Shown here one piece after another: positions 29,245-39,032 of a stretch of DNA of 64,000 nucleotides. The stretch lies in NCBI GenBank assembly GCA_964428965.1, contig CAYSAF010000002.1, forward strand, positions 20,985 through 84,984. Reading direction: 5' to 3'. The notes beneath the pieces were generated by a model. That model worked only from the letters and a program-made list of their open reading frames with translations, had not been told where the DNA came from and made no database searches. Source of the DNA: Candidatus Woesearchaeota archaeon. Its GTDB lineage: Archaea; Nanobdellota; Nanobdellia; SCGC-AAA011-G17; VGLX01. The position numbers and the translations under genes were made by a program. The number at the start of each line of letters is the position of its first letter. The stretch's first letter is position 1.

Positions 29245-31530
29245 TTATTCCACAGTTATGTCGGTCAGGCTTGTTCCCTTGACGAGTGCTTCTGTGCCTG
29301 ATAAGGTATAGTCCTTGTAGTTGGCTAAAACCTTAGCAGCCCTTCTGGTGTCTAAGGCATTGGTACCGGCTATCAGCAGAGCAACCTTGTTGCCGTTCGC
29401 TGCCAGCTTGATTAAACCTTCGCCTTCCTTCAAACTCCAGCCTTCGCACGTCATTCCAAATCCGGGAACAGCTGTAACAGCATCGTTTGCGCAAGGTCCA
29501 CCCACGACGATCAAGTTGTACATGGCCTCTGAACCTTTTATTTCAGAGTCCAACTTTGTCACAGGCGTAATGCTTGCGACAGTACATGTCTCGCCGGCTG
29601 CGCTTGTTGTAGCAGCACTGCCCTTTATGACGATGTTGGCCTGCACCTGGTCCGCAGGTATGTCAAACACAACCTCATCTGAGGCACCGTGAGCCTTCGG
29701 ATCCCTTATTATGATCCCGTACCTTGACAGGTGGTCCTCGTCCTTCGTACCTATAGACATCTCTGTGTAGCCGTCACCAGCTGTGTTTCCATCAGTGGTT
29801 TCGTTGTAACCAAACCATCTCAACTCTCCAGCCTCTTCTGAGGAAACTGTGCTTCCCAAAGCTGCAAAGGAGTAATCAGCTGCTGCATGCGTCCACCACA
29901 TAGATACGTTGTCGTTGTAATACGGCATGTCCGAACTTATGTAAGGCGATAAGGTTACGTTGATTCCGTTTTCTGCAGTTGTACCCTCAACAAGTATAGG
30001 CATGTCAGTACTCTTTGTGTTGTCGTAGTTAACCTCAGCTATGGTGTTAGAGGTTCCTGATACATTACCTATACAACCTGCCATCTGAGTCTTACTGTTG
30101 GTATCCTTGTAGTAAACCCCTAGTGATGCTGCTTCACCGTTAGTTGCGTTCATACATCTCCACAGCCAAATCTTATCCGACTTGGGGTTGGATATTGTGC
30201 CGTTGGCATCAAGATATCCACTACCAGTCTTGATCTGGAATCCTTCAGCCTGGTTCGTGTGGGCGTACACAGCAGATACTGATGTGGATGAACCACCGTC
30301 AGCTTGACTCAAGTCTGCGTTGGTGTCCAACTCAAACGTGTACGTCTTGTAGGCTGTGTCCTTAACAGTCAGACTGTCAAGACATATACTAACGTAGCTG
30401 TTTGGCAGTTCGATGCACTCACCAACACCTGGCGGGTTATCCGAATCGTCGTTATAGACGAAATCGTTCTCGATACTTAGGTAAGGACCTGTGAACTCGC
30501 CTGTGGTGTTTGTCGTGGTCGAAGAGTAGTCGTGTAAGCTACCTATGTTCCATACCCAGTTAGGGTCGTCCTTATTCTCACCGATGTAGGCGTCTCCATC
30601 CTTGTAGGTCTGCTGGGCTTCCTTACCCAAGATCAAGGATGCTGACCTCTGAGCCTTAACGGTTTCATAGAACGTTTGATCTACTTTTACTTCAATGCCG
30701 TTAACGACTTTTGCGGTGGAAGACACTACCTCTACAACACCATCAACGTCAACAACGATAGAGCCCCCTTCACCTACGTTCGTCAAGGTAACTTTCTTAC
30801 CCTCTACTTCTACAGAATCTCCTACATCCATGAAGTATTCTGTACCCACATAGGCTGAGAACTTGTTATCGACTGATGTGTCGATCTCGGTTATCTTCAA
30901 GGTCTTACCCAAGAACTTAATCTCCAACGGGTTGGTTGATGTCGTCTTGTTTAACTGGATGGTCTCATCAAATACATAGTAGTACTTGATTGAATCCACG
31001 TCAGCTTCCAGTACAACATCTGTCTGGTAGTCGTCATCGTTACTTGTCAAACTGGTCTGCACTCTTGGGAATTTGCTCGCTTGACCCAGTTCGAGAATTT
31101 CCCTGGTGTCATAAGTTCCACTTTGGAAAGCGATCTCCCCATCCCAGAGAGAATCTATGTCGTCGTCTTCCAGCTCCTGGTCGAAAGTCCTTGAAGCCGC
31201 GTTAGCTATAGGTTCACCAAGAGGGATATCATCGGTATCTCCTCCTGTGACGCTAACAGTTCCACCAGACGCTTTACACTCCTTGGATTCGTATTGCAAG
31301 TTCGTTGCAATATCTACCATACCGAGTGTATCAGATGCTGCTGCGTTGGCACCTACGACTAGCACGTTGCTAGAGTCGTACTTACCGCTTACAACGAATG
31401 GCGACGGATAGTCCTTCAAGTCAAGAGCCATCGCACCGGTCATGGTAGCCCCCAACATTGCCATTCCTGTACCAATAGCAGCAGCCGTCTTAACGGCTTT
31501 CTTAGCTTTCAGTACAAAGCTTTTTTGCAT
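29245..31530 (-). CDS. Large secreted surface protein of 761 aa, S-layer-like, with no C-terminal TM
   Basis: Signal 'MQKSFVLKAKKAVKTAAAIGTGMAMLGATMTGAMA'. Composition is Thr/Ser/Gly/Asp/Asn-rich. A strong SD 'GGAGGTG' lies 8 nt upstream of the ATG, and the gene has its own promoter region. Confidence 0.6.
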   Translation of the reverse strand: MQKSFVLKAKKAVKTAAAIGTGMAMLGATMTGAMALDLKDYPSPFVVSGKYDSSNVLVVGANAAASDTLGMVDIATNLQYESKECKASGGTVSVTGGDTDDIPLGEPIANAASRTFDQELEDDDIDSLWDGEIAFQSGTYDTREILELGQASKFPRVQTSLTSNDDDYQTDVVLEADVDSIKYYYVFDETIQLNKTTSTNPLEIKFLGKTLKITEIDTSVDNKFSAYVGTEYFMDVGDSVEVEGKKVTLTNVGEGGSIVVDVDGVVEVVSSTAKVVNGIEVKVDQTFYETVKAQRSASLILGKEAQQTYKDGDAYIGENKDDPNWVWNIGSLHDYSSTTTNTTGEFTGPYLSIENDFVYNDDSDNPPGVGECIELPNSYVSICLDSLTVKDTAYKTYTFELDTNADLSQADGGSSTSVSAVYAHTNQAEGFQIKTGSGYLDANGTISNPKSDKIWLWRCMNATNGEAASLGVYYKDTNSKTQMAGCIGNVSGTSNTIAEVNYDNTKSTDMPILVEGTTAENGINVTLSPYISSDMPYYNDNVSMWWTHAAADYSFAALGSTVSSEEAGELRWFGYNETTDGNTAGDGYTEMSIGTKDEDHLSRYGIIIRDPKAHGASDEVVFDIPADQVQANIVIKGSAATTSAAGETCTVASITPVTKLDSEIKGSEAMYNLIVVGGPCANDAVTAVPGFGMTCEGWSLKEGEGLIKLAANGNKVALLIAGTNALDTRRAAKVLANYKDYTLSGTEALVKGTSLTDITVE

Positions 31531-31538
31531 TTATAACA

Positions 31539-31545
31539 CACCTCC
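31539..31545 (-). promoter_or_regulatory. Shine-Dalgarno sequence GGAGGTG for the S-layer-like gene
   Basis: On the minus strand the sequence reads 'CATGGAGGTGTGTTATAA-ATG'. Confidence 0.6.
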
Positions 31546-31740
31546 ATGTGTTTTTTTCCTGATTATCAGGTTATCTACACATCTATTCTAGAAATCACTC
31601 ACCGTCTTTTTTATCAAAGTCACTAGTCATCAACTAATAGATATGGCATAAATGAAATTTTATTGGTTTATAAATTTTTTGTCACTAAAATCAACAAAAA
31701 ACGGCTGGAAACGAAAAAAATAAGGGTTTTAGGGCTTAAA

Positions 31741-31770
31741 AAGGCAAAAGGGGGTCGAAAAAACCCCGGT
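31741..31770 (-). terminator. Hairpin plus T-tract terminator-like element downstream of the pilin-like operon
   Basis: The minus-strand RNA reads 'GGGG-UUUUUUCGA-CCCCC' followed by UUUUGCCUUUUUAAG... It sits between the operon's last stop (31812) and the S-layer-like gene's promoter. Confidence 0.4.
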
Positions 31771-31811
31771 TTATGTTATAACTCCCTGATGGTGTAAGTT
31801 TTTAAAGTGTT

Positions 31812-32273
31812 TTACTTTAGACAGACCAAAAGGTTGATCAGCAGGGAGGTCTTACCAAACCTGACGTTAGCATGAGCAGCCATCCTCTTAGGCAGGCTGC
31901 AGGAGCCGTCGGAAAGGAAGAGAGAGCTGCCTTCCTTAATCTCAAAAGAGTACTGCCAGCCAGAGTTGTAAGACCTGGTAACGTTGGCAACCACCTCTTT
32001 TATGTAAGCTTTACAGTCAGGATTACCGCAGTAATCCCTGTTTCCAGAAAACATGTAACAAGTAACAATAACATCTTCCAGGGTATCAGACAAATCCTCA
32101 CAAGGGGTAACCTTCATCATGGTGTTAAGAAGATTCGAAACCTCAGCGCTCTGCCTAAGATCAGGCAGAGAGGTATCAACAGGTTTCTGCAAGAAAAAAA
32201 GATAGATAAGACCGCCAAAAATGAACAACACAACTATTACCAAAAGACCTAACATCTCCATCTGAGCCCTCAC
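31812..32273 (-). CDS. Small membrane-anchored exported protein of 153 aa; last gene of the surface operon
   Basis: N-terminal hydrophobic segment 'MLGLLVIVVLFIFGGLIYLFFL'. It is coupled by ATGA overlap to the upstream gene. Confidence 0.5.
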   Translation of the reverse strand: MRAQMEMLGLLVIVVLFIFGGLIYLFFLQKPVDTSLPDLRQSAEVSNLLNTMMKVTPCEDLSDTLEDVIVTCYMFSGNRDYCGNPDCKAYIKEVVANVTRSYNSGWQYSFEIKEGSSLFLSDGSCSLPKRMAAHANVRFGKTSLLINLLVCLK

Positions 32274-32836
32274 GAGTACACCTCCACCGACAACACACCA
32301 ACAGCAAACCTCCTAGTAAGAGGGTGATAAAGAGAGACGGGAGTCTTAACTATGTCCTTGGCAGCGTAGCTTGGCTTGGGATGATGATAAACAGTCCAGT
32401 TACTACAAGTCTCAGGATAGTCAATGTGATTAAAAGCATCAAGGTCACACTCGCCGCTATTATTGGCATTCTCACTAAGCTTACCAGGCAAGGGATATAT
32501 CTGCTCAAAACGAATAACCTTAAAACCATAAGTACCCACATAGGCAGCCTTGTTAGAGCTGACCAACTTCTTGAAAGCCTGAAGCTTAACAACATCAACA
32601 TAATCCTTGGAATCACCCTTAATGCTGTACTGAACCTCAGGCAACGAATCTATTATGTTAACAAAAACAGTAGCCTTAACATCAGAAATACGCTTACCTG
32701 CTTCCCCAATACCAGCCAGGGACACATTATAATATATAGCGAGACCTATGACAATAAGGACAACTATAACAACAACCACCATAATAGCTTCTATGAATTC
32801 AAGATCACCCCTCTTAGAAGAGAACCACGCAGGCAC
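32270..32836 (-). CDS. Pilin-like protein with a putative class III signal (KRGD/hydrophobic). The start is tentatively the GTG at 32836; the ORF extends to 32965, and an internal ATG at 32782 is an alternative.
   Basis: 'SSKRGDLEFIEAIMVVVVIVVLIVIGLAIYY' has a basic-Gly motif followed by a hydrophobic helix, as in archaeal prepilins. Confidence 0.4.
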   Translation of the reverse strand: MPAWFSSKRGDLEFIEAIMVVVVIVVLIVIGLAIYYNVSLAGIGEAGKRISDVKATVFVNIIDSLPEVQYSIKGDSKDYVDVVKLQAFKKLVSSNKAAYVGTYGFKVIRFEQIYPLPGKLSENANNSGECDLDAFNHIDYPETCSNWTVYHHPKPSYAAKDIVKTPVSLYHPLTRRFAVGVLSVEVYS

Positions 32837-33899
32837 CTTTACCTCCCAACTTTTTATTACTCTCAACAATAAAATCTTTGAACGAATCAAACTTGGCATG
32901 ATCCACATAACCGGGATCAGACTTGGCTGAATCAACCTCGAGCTTGAAACCATCAAGGTTGGCAAGCCGGATCATGTTATAGGAGCAGTCGTTAGTAGAA
33001 TCAAGCAGGTCCTTGGTGTAAAGCATGTTAGCCTTCTCACCATAAAGATTAAGCATAAGGCTTAGACGCTTATAGATCCTTGAAAGCTGACAGTTATAAC
33101 TGTCAAAATCCTCAGCGAGTACTGCACCAAAAAGCATGGGCTTACCCACAAAAAAAGAGTTATCGTCAGGAAAGTCAACAGAGCCGTGACATTCATCATC
33201 TTCCTTATCAGGCTCACAGTCAACATAATCAATTATTACATAACGACCGCTGAAGCCAGAGGGGGGATTGGTCTTGAAAAAAGCAAACTTAACAAAGTCA
33301 TACCTGCCCGAAGCATAAGAAAGCCTGGCCACAACCTGATCCTTTGAAATGCTCTCAACCTCAAAAGACTTTGGAAAGTTCTCATAATGATGCTCGGCAG
33401 GAGTTGTCAAGCTGTCGATGCCCTTAACGAAATCAGCAACATCACCGTCAGAAGGATAGACAAGGTAATACTTAGAACGCCTGTTTGTTAGGAAAAAGAA
33501 GTTGTCAACCTTGAAAGGATAGTACCAGCTCTGAGTCCAAGAGAGAATCTGATTATCCTCAAGCTTGGAAGGAGAAAAAATAACCTTCTTGGCATCAAAG
33601 TTATAAGTGCCTGAAGAAAACTTACCACAGGTAGGACCCTTGCCAAAACTCATCTTAACAGGAGAAGGCCAAGCCTCATTGGGAATTGGCTGGCTCTGAT
33701 CTTCAGAAACCATCAAAGCATTAAGTGAATCGTCAATCATGAAACCCAGCTCTGTAGTAGAAACCTCCTCCTTAGACTTACCCATGTCCATAGCAAACTT
33801 CACAAAAAAAAGAAGTATTATAGCGCCGACAACTAAAGAAAATATGTACTTGAATACAGGAGCAGCCAAGCCCTTACGAAGCTTTAGAAACCTCAACAT
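32814..33899 (-). CDS. Pilin-like or class III signal protein of 361 aa
   Basis: N-terminal 'MLRFLKLRKGLAAPVFKYIFSLVVGAIILLFFV', an RKG motif followed by a hydrophobic segment. Confidence 0.45.
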   Translation of the reverse strand: MLRFLKLRKGLAAPVFKYIFSLVVGAIILLFFVKFAMDMGKSKEEVSTTELGFMIDDSLNALMVSEDQSQPIPNEAWPSPVKMSFGKGPTCGKFSSGTYNFDAKKVIFSPSKLEDNQILSWTQSWYYPFKVDNFFFLTNRRSKYYLVYPSDGDVADFVKGIDSLTTPAEHHYENFPKSFEVESISKDQVVARLSYASGRYDFVKFAFFKTNPPSGFSGRYVIIDYVDCEPDKEDDECHGSVDFPDDNSFFVGKPMLFGAVLAEDFDSYNCQLSRIYKRLSLMLNLYGEKANMLYTKDLLDSTNDCSYNMIRLANLDGFKLEVDSAKSDPGYVDHAKFDSFKDFIVESNKKLGGKGACVVLF

Positions 33900-34359
33900 A
33901 ATTACCCCTAGAAGTCAAAACTATAGGCATGTTATTCCTAACACACAAAGGATTCTGAGAGGCAGGAGCTCTCAGGCAAGGAACGTAATAAGCCAAAACG
34001 CTCTTTGAAGAGTAAACAAAAACGTTGGAATTATTCCTCAAAGCAACAAAAGTGGGATTGTAATTTGACGGCTTATCAGTAGAACCAAAAAAGGGAATCT
34101 CGTGACTTGCGAAACAGACGTAGTTGAAGTCACAGGGAAGGTTAACAATAAACCTGTTACTGCTACCGACTTCGAAATAACAATAACGCTGAACATCCTT
34201 CTTCAAACCTGTCACGTAGTCAGCAACCTCGACATCACAAGAAACCTTCACAAGCTTGTAAACCTGGTAGACCCCCCAAGTGAGAATCAAAGCGCCAACA
34301 ACCAAAGCAAAAATCATCACCAAAGGCTGACCGAGCAACTGACCTCTTTTTTTCATCAA
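33874..34359 (-). CDS. Pilin-like protein of 161 aa with a class III (prepilin-type) signal
   Basis: N-terminal 'MMKKRGQLLGQPLVMIFALVVGALILTW'. The KRGQ motif followed by a hydrophobic helix is characteristic of archaeal type IV pilins. Confidence 0.55.
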   Translation of the reverse strand: MMKKRGQLLGQPLVMIFALVVGALILTWGVYQVYKLVKVSCDVEVADYVTGLKKDVQRYCYFEVGSSNRFIVNLPCDFNYVCFASHEIPFFGSTDKPSNYNPTFVALRNNSNVFVYSSKSVLAYYVPCLRAPASQNPLCVRNNMPIVLTSRGNYVEVSKAS

Positions 34360-34395
34360 AGAAAAAGAGAAGAAGGGAACTTATAAAATTTTTGA

Positions 34396-37300
34396 TTACA
34401 CGTAGACAGTGAACTTGGCCTCGTTCTTGAAAACATCGATGCAACTTATGTAATAAACAGGATTTGCTATGCTCAACTCGTGGATTAGCGAGTCTGTACC
34501 TGTCATCTGTGTGCCAGAGTCATAACTTATCGTTGAGTTCGTTGAATACTGACAGTTCGAAGGCTCGTTAAGCTCGAGATGCAACACAGTGCCTTCAGAA
34601 TATATGTAGATAATCTTCGGAGAGTCCAAGTCAATATCAACCTTGAACGTCATGTTTGAATAAGCCTCGTTACCTGCAATGTCACGACACATAACATAGT
34701 AGAAGTAGTCGCCCTTATCCAAAATAAGAGGCTGCCTGTGAATTGTTGAATTGGTCTCGAAGAACTCAATCATGCTCAGGAAAGGAACGTCAGAGTTAGC
34801 ATATCCACACCTTGCTTCACCCTCCTTAGCCCCACCACTGGTGATAACCCTCAACTCGGCATCGGACTGGTACAAAGTACCTGAAGGACCTGTGCTATCA
34901 ATCATCAAGATCTTGGTTGAACGCAAGCTGAACAAATAACTCTCTGTGTTAACGTTACCCTTCCTGTCCTTACACTTGAAGTAATAATCAGTAACACCTT
35001 CAGAATTGATCAATAGGTCTGTCTTGCACTCGTACAAACCATAATAAATTGAGGACAGGCTGAAGCCTGAATCAGCACAGGTAAACTTGCGGTCCATCAA
35101 ATCAAACTCGGTGTCGTTGAAATTCCAACGACAGTCTGCAGGCTCGTTAGTGTAAACGCTGAATGAAGTTGAATTAACATTGTAAGGAGCGTAAGCGCCG
35201 TTCTCAACACTTGTACGCTCAATAACAGGAGCTGTCAGGTCAGGAGCAGGCTCGATGCTGAACCTGATGAAATAATCACGGCTGTTCTTATTGCCAGAGG
35301 CATCCTTGCACCTTATGTAAATGTTGTAATTGCCGCCGTTTGTCAGCTTCAAGGCTTCAGGAGTTGTCAAGTCAGAGGGCAGAGTTAAAGTAATCTGGTG
35401 GTCATAAGTGTAGACTGCTTCTCCGAAGAAAGCTGTCTTCTGCTCAAAGTCAACAGAATGTTCAGAGCCGAACTTGCACTGAGCAGGCTCGTCAGTTTTT
35501 AAACCCAAAGTGATTGCCTGGAACGGCTTCAGCTTCTGATTAAGTTTGAAACCCTTATTACCCTCATCTGTAATCTCTGTGATTGTGAAACCTTTAGCGA
35601 GGACATCCTTCCAAGGGGTTATGATAGGAGAGTTAACATCATTCGGGTGCATGTTGATACACTTCTCCTCAGAAGTACCCAGATTGACCAAAGAACAGAG
35701 CTTGCCGAGAGACTTACACCTGTACTCGGAACAGGGCTTGTTGTTATTATCTTCATTACACTTCTCACAATCCTTACCACCCGCGGGAGCCTGCCAGACA
35801 TCACAAGTCATATGATAAGTCTCTGATTTGTCCTGAGCGAGGAAAACATCAACGAACTGGTAGATTGTGTAGAGCCACATCAATGTGTTGAGGGCGCCCA
35901 TAACATTGGACATAGCACTACTACTTTGAGTGGTTATTGTCTGGCCTTCAGGTACTTTCATCCCTTTTTCTGTAACAACTTTATACATACCTTCATCGGT
36001 GGTACTTGGGACAATATCTTTTGATTTAGCAAGAAGTTCTTTGTCGCCTTTAAAAAATTTCAATGCTTCTCCCTCAGTTAAAGGTGTATTCTTACCTACA
36101 GTACTTCCACTTGAAAAAGTCCTTACGCCATAAGTAGCACCCCAATTAGAAATTATATTGCCAGCAGGTTCCTTGCCAAGCTTGAACAACCAACCAAAAG
36201 CATTACCTATAGTTGATAGCCCTCCAAACATACCTTCTGTAAACTTACCCTTAGTCCAGCCAGTAGCAAAACCAGTATAAACACCGGTAGCAACCATCAC
36301 ACCAAGAGGAAGACCTGCCTGCTTGAAAAACTCGGTAAACTTACCACCGCCCAAGATACCAGAAGACTCTTCATCCTTCTCCTTCTTAGAAGGCTGGGAG
36401 AGAGTTTTCCAATCACCAACCTCTGACTCCTTCAACTTGCTACCCTTAAACCACTTCCTCTCAGCAGAAGCAGTGTTAGCATAACCATCAGTTGTTATCT
36501 TACCCAATATGTTGAAATAGGCACCACAGTCACCCATCGACTTACAAAGGGTGTTACCAGCAACGATCCAAGAATGCTCGGTACAATGACAGTTCTTCAC
36601 ACACTCCCAATCATCAACTGCAAAAATCCTTGACATACCACCCCGATGCCAGCTAACAGTGCACTCCTGATTAGCCTGGGTGCAAACGCTGGAACCAGAA
36701 CCGCCGCCAACACCAGTAATAGTGCTTGTGCCAGCAGCTGTAGAAACAGCAGCACCTGTAGGTGTAGTAGTCTTTGAAGAGGTCTCCTCAGACGAGAGCT
36801 TGGTTGCAAGCTTCTGCCCTGTACCAGTCTTTGTGGTTGAGGAAAGCTGCTCAGGCTCCCTATTCCAGAAAGCAAAACCAGGGGGAACGTCAGGAACACA
36901 AACTCCGGTAATGCCAACAGCAATACCTGCCTTCAAAAAGAAACAATCACGAACAGCAACGTCTTCACAGCACTTCTTAACACAACAATCAGCGCCCTTG
37001 CCAGAGCAATCACCTCCGCAAGACCTTTGAGAGTTACAAGCAAAACAATCCTCCCATCTGCTATCACGACAGGCAGCCTCAACATAATCACCGGTAACGC
37101 CGAAAGACTCGAAGGCAGTCTTAGCAGGCTCGTTATGCATTATGCCCTGAACACAAATCTCTTCCCTGAAATCACGACAGGGCTCAACCATCTCCTCACC
37201 GTTAACACAGATGTGACGGAAATGCCTTGAGCCGACAGCATCACGAGCATGGCCTGGAAAGGTATCATAAATACACCAGGATTCGCCATTCTTCTTTTTT

Positions 37301-38211
37301 GTACCTGAGTTAGAGCTGACATCATCCTTGTAAACAGTATTGCAGTTAACATCACGACAGGTAAATTCGCCAAACTTCATGTTGACGTTCTTGGCAGGAC
37401 CGCAAAGGGTTCCGGTGCTGTAATCACAATTACCGCAGTTAGGATCGTTAACAGTCTTGGACTTACAACTCTGCTCCTTGGAAAGAACATAGCCGTTGTT
37501 GTAAGAAGAAACCTTATCAGCGTTGTAAATATTCTCTTGGTTGCCGCAACTGTCAAACCAGAAAACCTCATCCTGACCTGGCAGACAACCAGTCTTCTGC
37601 TGCTTGGCACAGTCACACTTCAACTTGTCGTTACTGCACAGCATTCCGGGATAGAAGCCGTCGCCAGTCTCGTTGCCCACCTGAACAGCGGCAGCAGTTG
37701 TGCAAGAACCTCTCATAGTAAAGCTGCACTCAGTACCTGAAACACAACAACCCTTGTCCTCAGCCCTTGACTTGGCTATGCACTCCTGCTCTGTAAGAAT
37801 GTTCTCGTCAAAAGTCATGGTAACGTTAGGGTATAAAGAAGTTTCAGCCTTGCAACGAACTTGGGTGACGAAAAAAGCCTCGTTACCTATTATGCAACAG
37901 CCCTTGCTGCATTGCTGAATGCCACAGTTCTCATCAGTATCCCAGGTGTTGCCATACATGGAGTTACACTCAGCCTTGGGAACGTTCTTAAAACATCTTC
38001 CCTCATCGCTGCTATAACAGCAGCCTACCTTGCAGAAAGAGGTCTGCTCACAGGTGATAGAAGCAACCTTTGAACCTGCAGCGCAGTTAGACTCATCGGT
38101 GTAAAGGCAATACTCATTCGCTTTTGTTTTCTCACAACAAACGTTGAAAGCGGAAACAAAACTAATCAAAATAAGAAATACTAAAGGGATGATACACTTC
38201 TTAAAATTCAT
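34396..38211 (-). CDS. Giant Cys-rich secreted protein 1 of 1271 aa. It has a signal peptide, an N-terminal Cys-rich module, Gly/Thr-rich linkers, a central hydrophobic segment and C-terminal repeated beta-type domains.
   Basis: 'MNFKKCIIPLVFLILISFVSAFNVCCEKTKANEYCLYTD'. Conserved blocks are 'CRDFREEICVQG', 'KSMGDCGAYFNILG', 'YHMTCDVWQAPAGGKDCEKCN', 'CSEYRCKSLGKLCS', 'NDVNSPIITPW' and 'YNIYIRCKDASGNKN'. The start overlaps the upstream pilin-like stop in an ATGA arrangement. Confidence 0.7.
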   Translation of the reverse strand: MNFKKCIIPLVFLILISFVSAFNVCCEKTKANEYCLYTDESNCAAGSKVASITCEQTSFCKVGCCYSSDEGRCFKNVPKAECNSMYGNTWDTDENCGIQQCSKGCCIIGNEAFFVTQVRCKAETSLYPNVTMTFDENILTEQECIAKSRAEDKGCCVSGTECSFTMRGSCTTAAAVQVGNETGDGFYPGMLCSNDKLKCDCAKQQKTGCLPGQDEVFWFDSCGNQENIYNADKVSSYNNGYVLSKEQSCKSKTVNDPNCGNCDYSTGTLCGPAKNVNMKFGEFTCRDVNCNTVYKDDVSSNSGTKKKNGESWCIYDTFPGHARDAVGSRHFRHICVNGEEMVEPCRDFREEICVQGIMHNEPAKTAFESFGVTGDYVEAACRDSRWEDCFACNSQRSCGGDCSGKGADCCVKKCCEDVAVRDCFFLKAGIAVGITGVCVPDVPPGFAFWNREPEQLSSTTKTGTGQKLATKLSSEETSSKTTTPTGAAVSTAAGTSTITGVGGGSGSSVCTQANQECTVSWHRGGMSRIFAVDDWECVKNCHCTEHSWIVAGNTLCKSMGDCGAYFNILGKITTDGYANTASAERKWFKGSKLKESEVGDWKTLSQPSKKEKDEESSGILGGGKFTEFFKQAGLPLGVMVATGVYTGFATGWTKGKFTEGMFGGLSTIGNAFGWLFKLGKEPAGNIISNWGATYGVRTFSSGSTVGKNTPLTEGEALKFFKGDKELLAKSKDIVPSTTDEGMYKVVTEKGMKVPEGQTITTQSSSAMSNVMGALNTLMWLYTIYQFVDVFLAQDKSETYHMTCDVWQAPAGGKDCEKCNEDNNNKPCSEYRCKSLGKLCSLVNLGTSEEKCINMHPNDVNSPIITPWKDVLAKGFTITEITDEGNKGFKLNQKLKPFQAITLGLKTDEPAQCKFGSEHSVDFEQKTAFFGEAVYTYDHQITLTLPSDLTTPEALKLTNGGNYNIYIRCKDASGNKNSRDYFIRFSIEPAPDLTAPVIERTSVENGAYAPYNVNSTSFSVYTNEPADCRWNFNDTEFDLMDRKFTCADSGFSLSSIYYGLYECKTDLLINSEGVTDYYFKCKDRKGNVNTESYLFSLRSTKILMIDSTGPSGTLYQSDAELRVITSGGAKEGEARCGYANSDVPFLSMIEFFETNSTIHRQPLILDKGDYFYYVMCRDIAGNEAYSNMTFKVDIDLDSPKIIYIYSEGTVLHLELNEPSNCQYSTNSTISYDSGTQMTGTDSLIHELSIANPVYYISCIDVFKNEAKFTVYV

Positions 38212-38990
38212 GGTACCAAAGTTGATTCTCCTTGAACGAAAAACTGGAAGACGTAATCGCTATCATACTTGCTCAGTATGTACAGCTTGTCAGGATATGG
38301 TTTCTTCTTCTCAATCCTAACCTCACCCCTCTTAGCAAGCATGTAAATCATCTGATCAAACTCGCCGAATTCGGTTTCGTAATCTAAAATATTTTGCGAG
38401 GCATCGTACAAGTAACCTAGCGGGTATTCAAAAGTCTGGGTGAACTCCTGAGCAGAAACCTCAGCAGAAGATTTAGTAGACCTAAGCCTTATCGGGTAGG
38501 TAACCTTAACTATCACCATTTCAGAACCTATGCTGGTCTCAACTGTCCATTTCTTTGGTGTTATTATCTCAAAACTGCCGAACTTCTTGAAGCTCTGAAC
38601 GTCGATACAAGTCTGCAAACTGAAGTCTATGGCAGCGTTAAGCTGACGCTCCATGTCAGACCTTGTAAGCATGCGATTGATGCAACGAGGGGTTCCAGTC
38701 ATAGTGTAACAGAGGTAACTGATGGTAGTATCGTTGTAAAGCCTGAAAGTGTCAGGAGGGGTTGACAGATAACCGCCTTGTAAACCGATCTGCCTGATAG
38801 GTTGATCAGAAACCTTGCCTATGCACTTAAGCACGTGCTCATTGATATCATCAAGCTCAGAGTTCAAGTCACCAACGCTTGGGTTGAGAAGAAATATGTT
38901 TGTCCTAGAATAGAGCAACAAAAAAGCAAGAATAACTATAACAATACCGAGAATAACGAAAATAGTAACCTGACCCCTTTTTTCCATCAA
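38208..38990 (-). CDS. Pilin-like protein of 260 aa with a class III signal
   Basis: N-terminal 'MMEKRGQVTIFVILGIVIVILAFLLLYS'. Confidence 0.55.
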   Translation of the reverse strand: MMEKRGQVTIFVILGIVIVILAFLLLYSRTNIFLLNPSVGDLNSELDDINEHVLKCIGKVSDQPIRQIGLQGGYLSTPPDTFRLYNDTTISYLCYTMTGTPRCINRMLTRSDMERQLNAAIDFSLQTCIDVQSFKKFGSFEIITPKKWTVETSIGSEMVIVKVTYPIRLRSTKSSAEVSAQEFTQTFEYPLGYLYDASQNILDYETEFGEFDQMIYMLAKRGEVRIEKKKPYPDKLYILSKYDSDYVFQFFVQGESTLVP

Positions 38991-39032
38991 ACCACCTTCC
39001 TAAATTTTAGTAACCTAATTATATAAAACTTT

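Noticed and set aside
36597-37030. Long Ala/Pro/Thr/Leu-rich ORFs antisense to, or out of frame with, the giant genes (for example 36597..36923-, 36680..37030+, 40453..40716+, 41282..41710-)
   Set aside because: They lie entirely within the conserved giant-protein CDSs. They arise from Thr/Gly/Ala codon runs (ACN/GGN/GCN) that stay open in other frames. They have no start context and are low-complexity.
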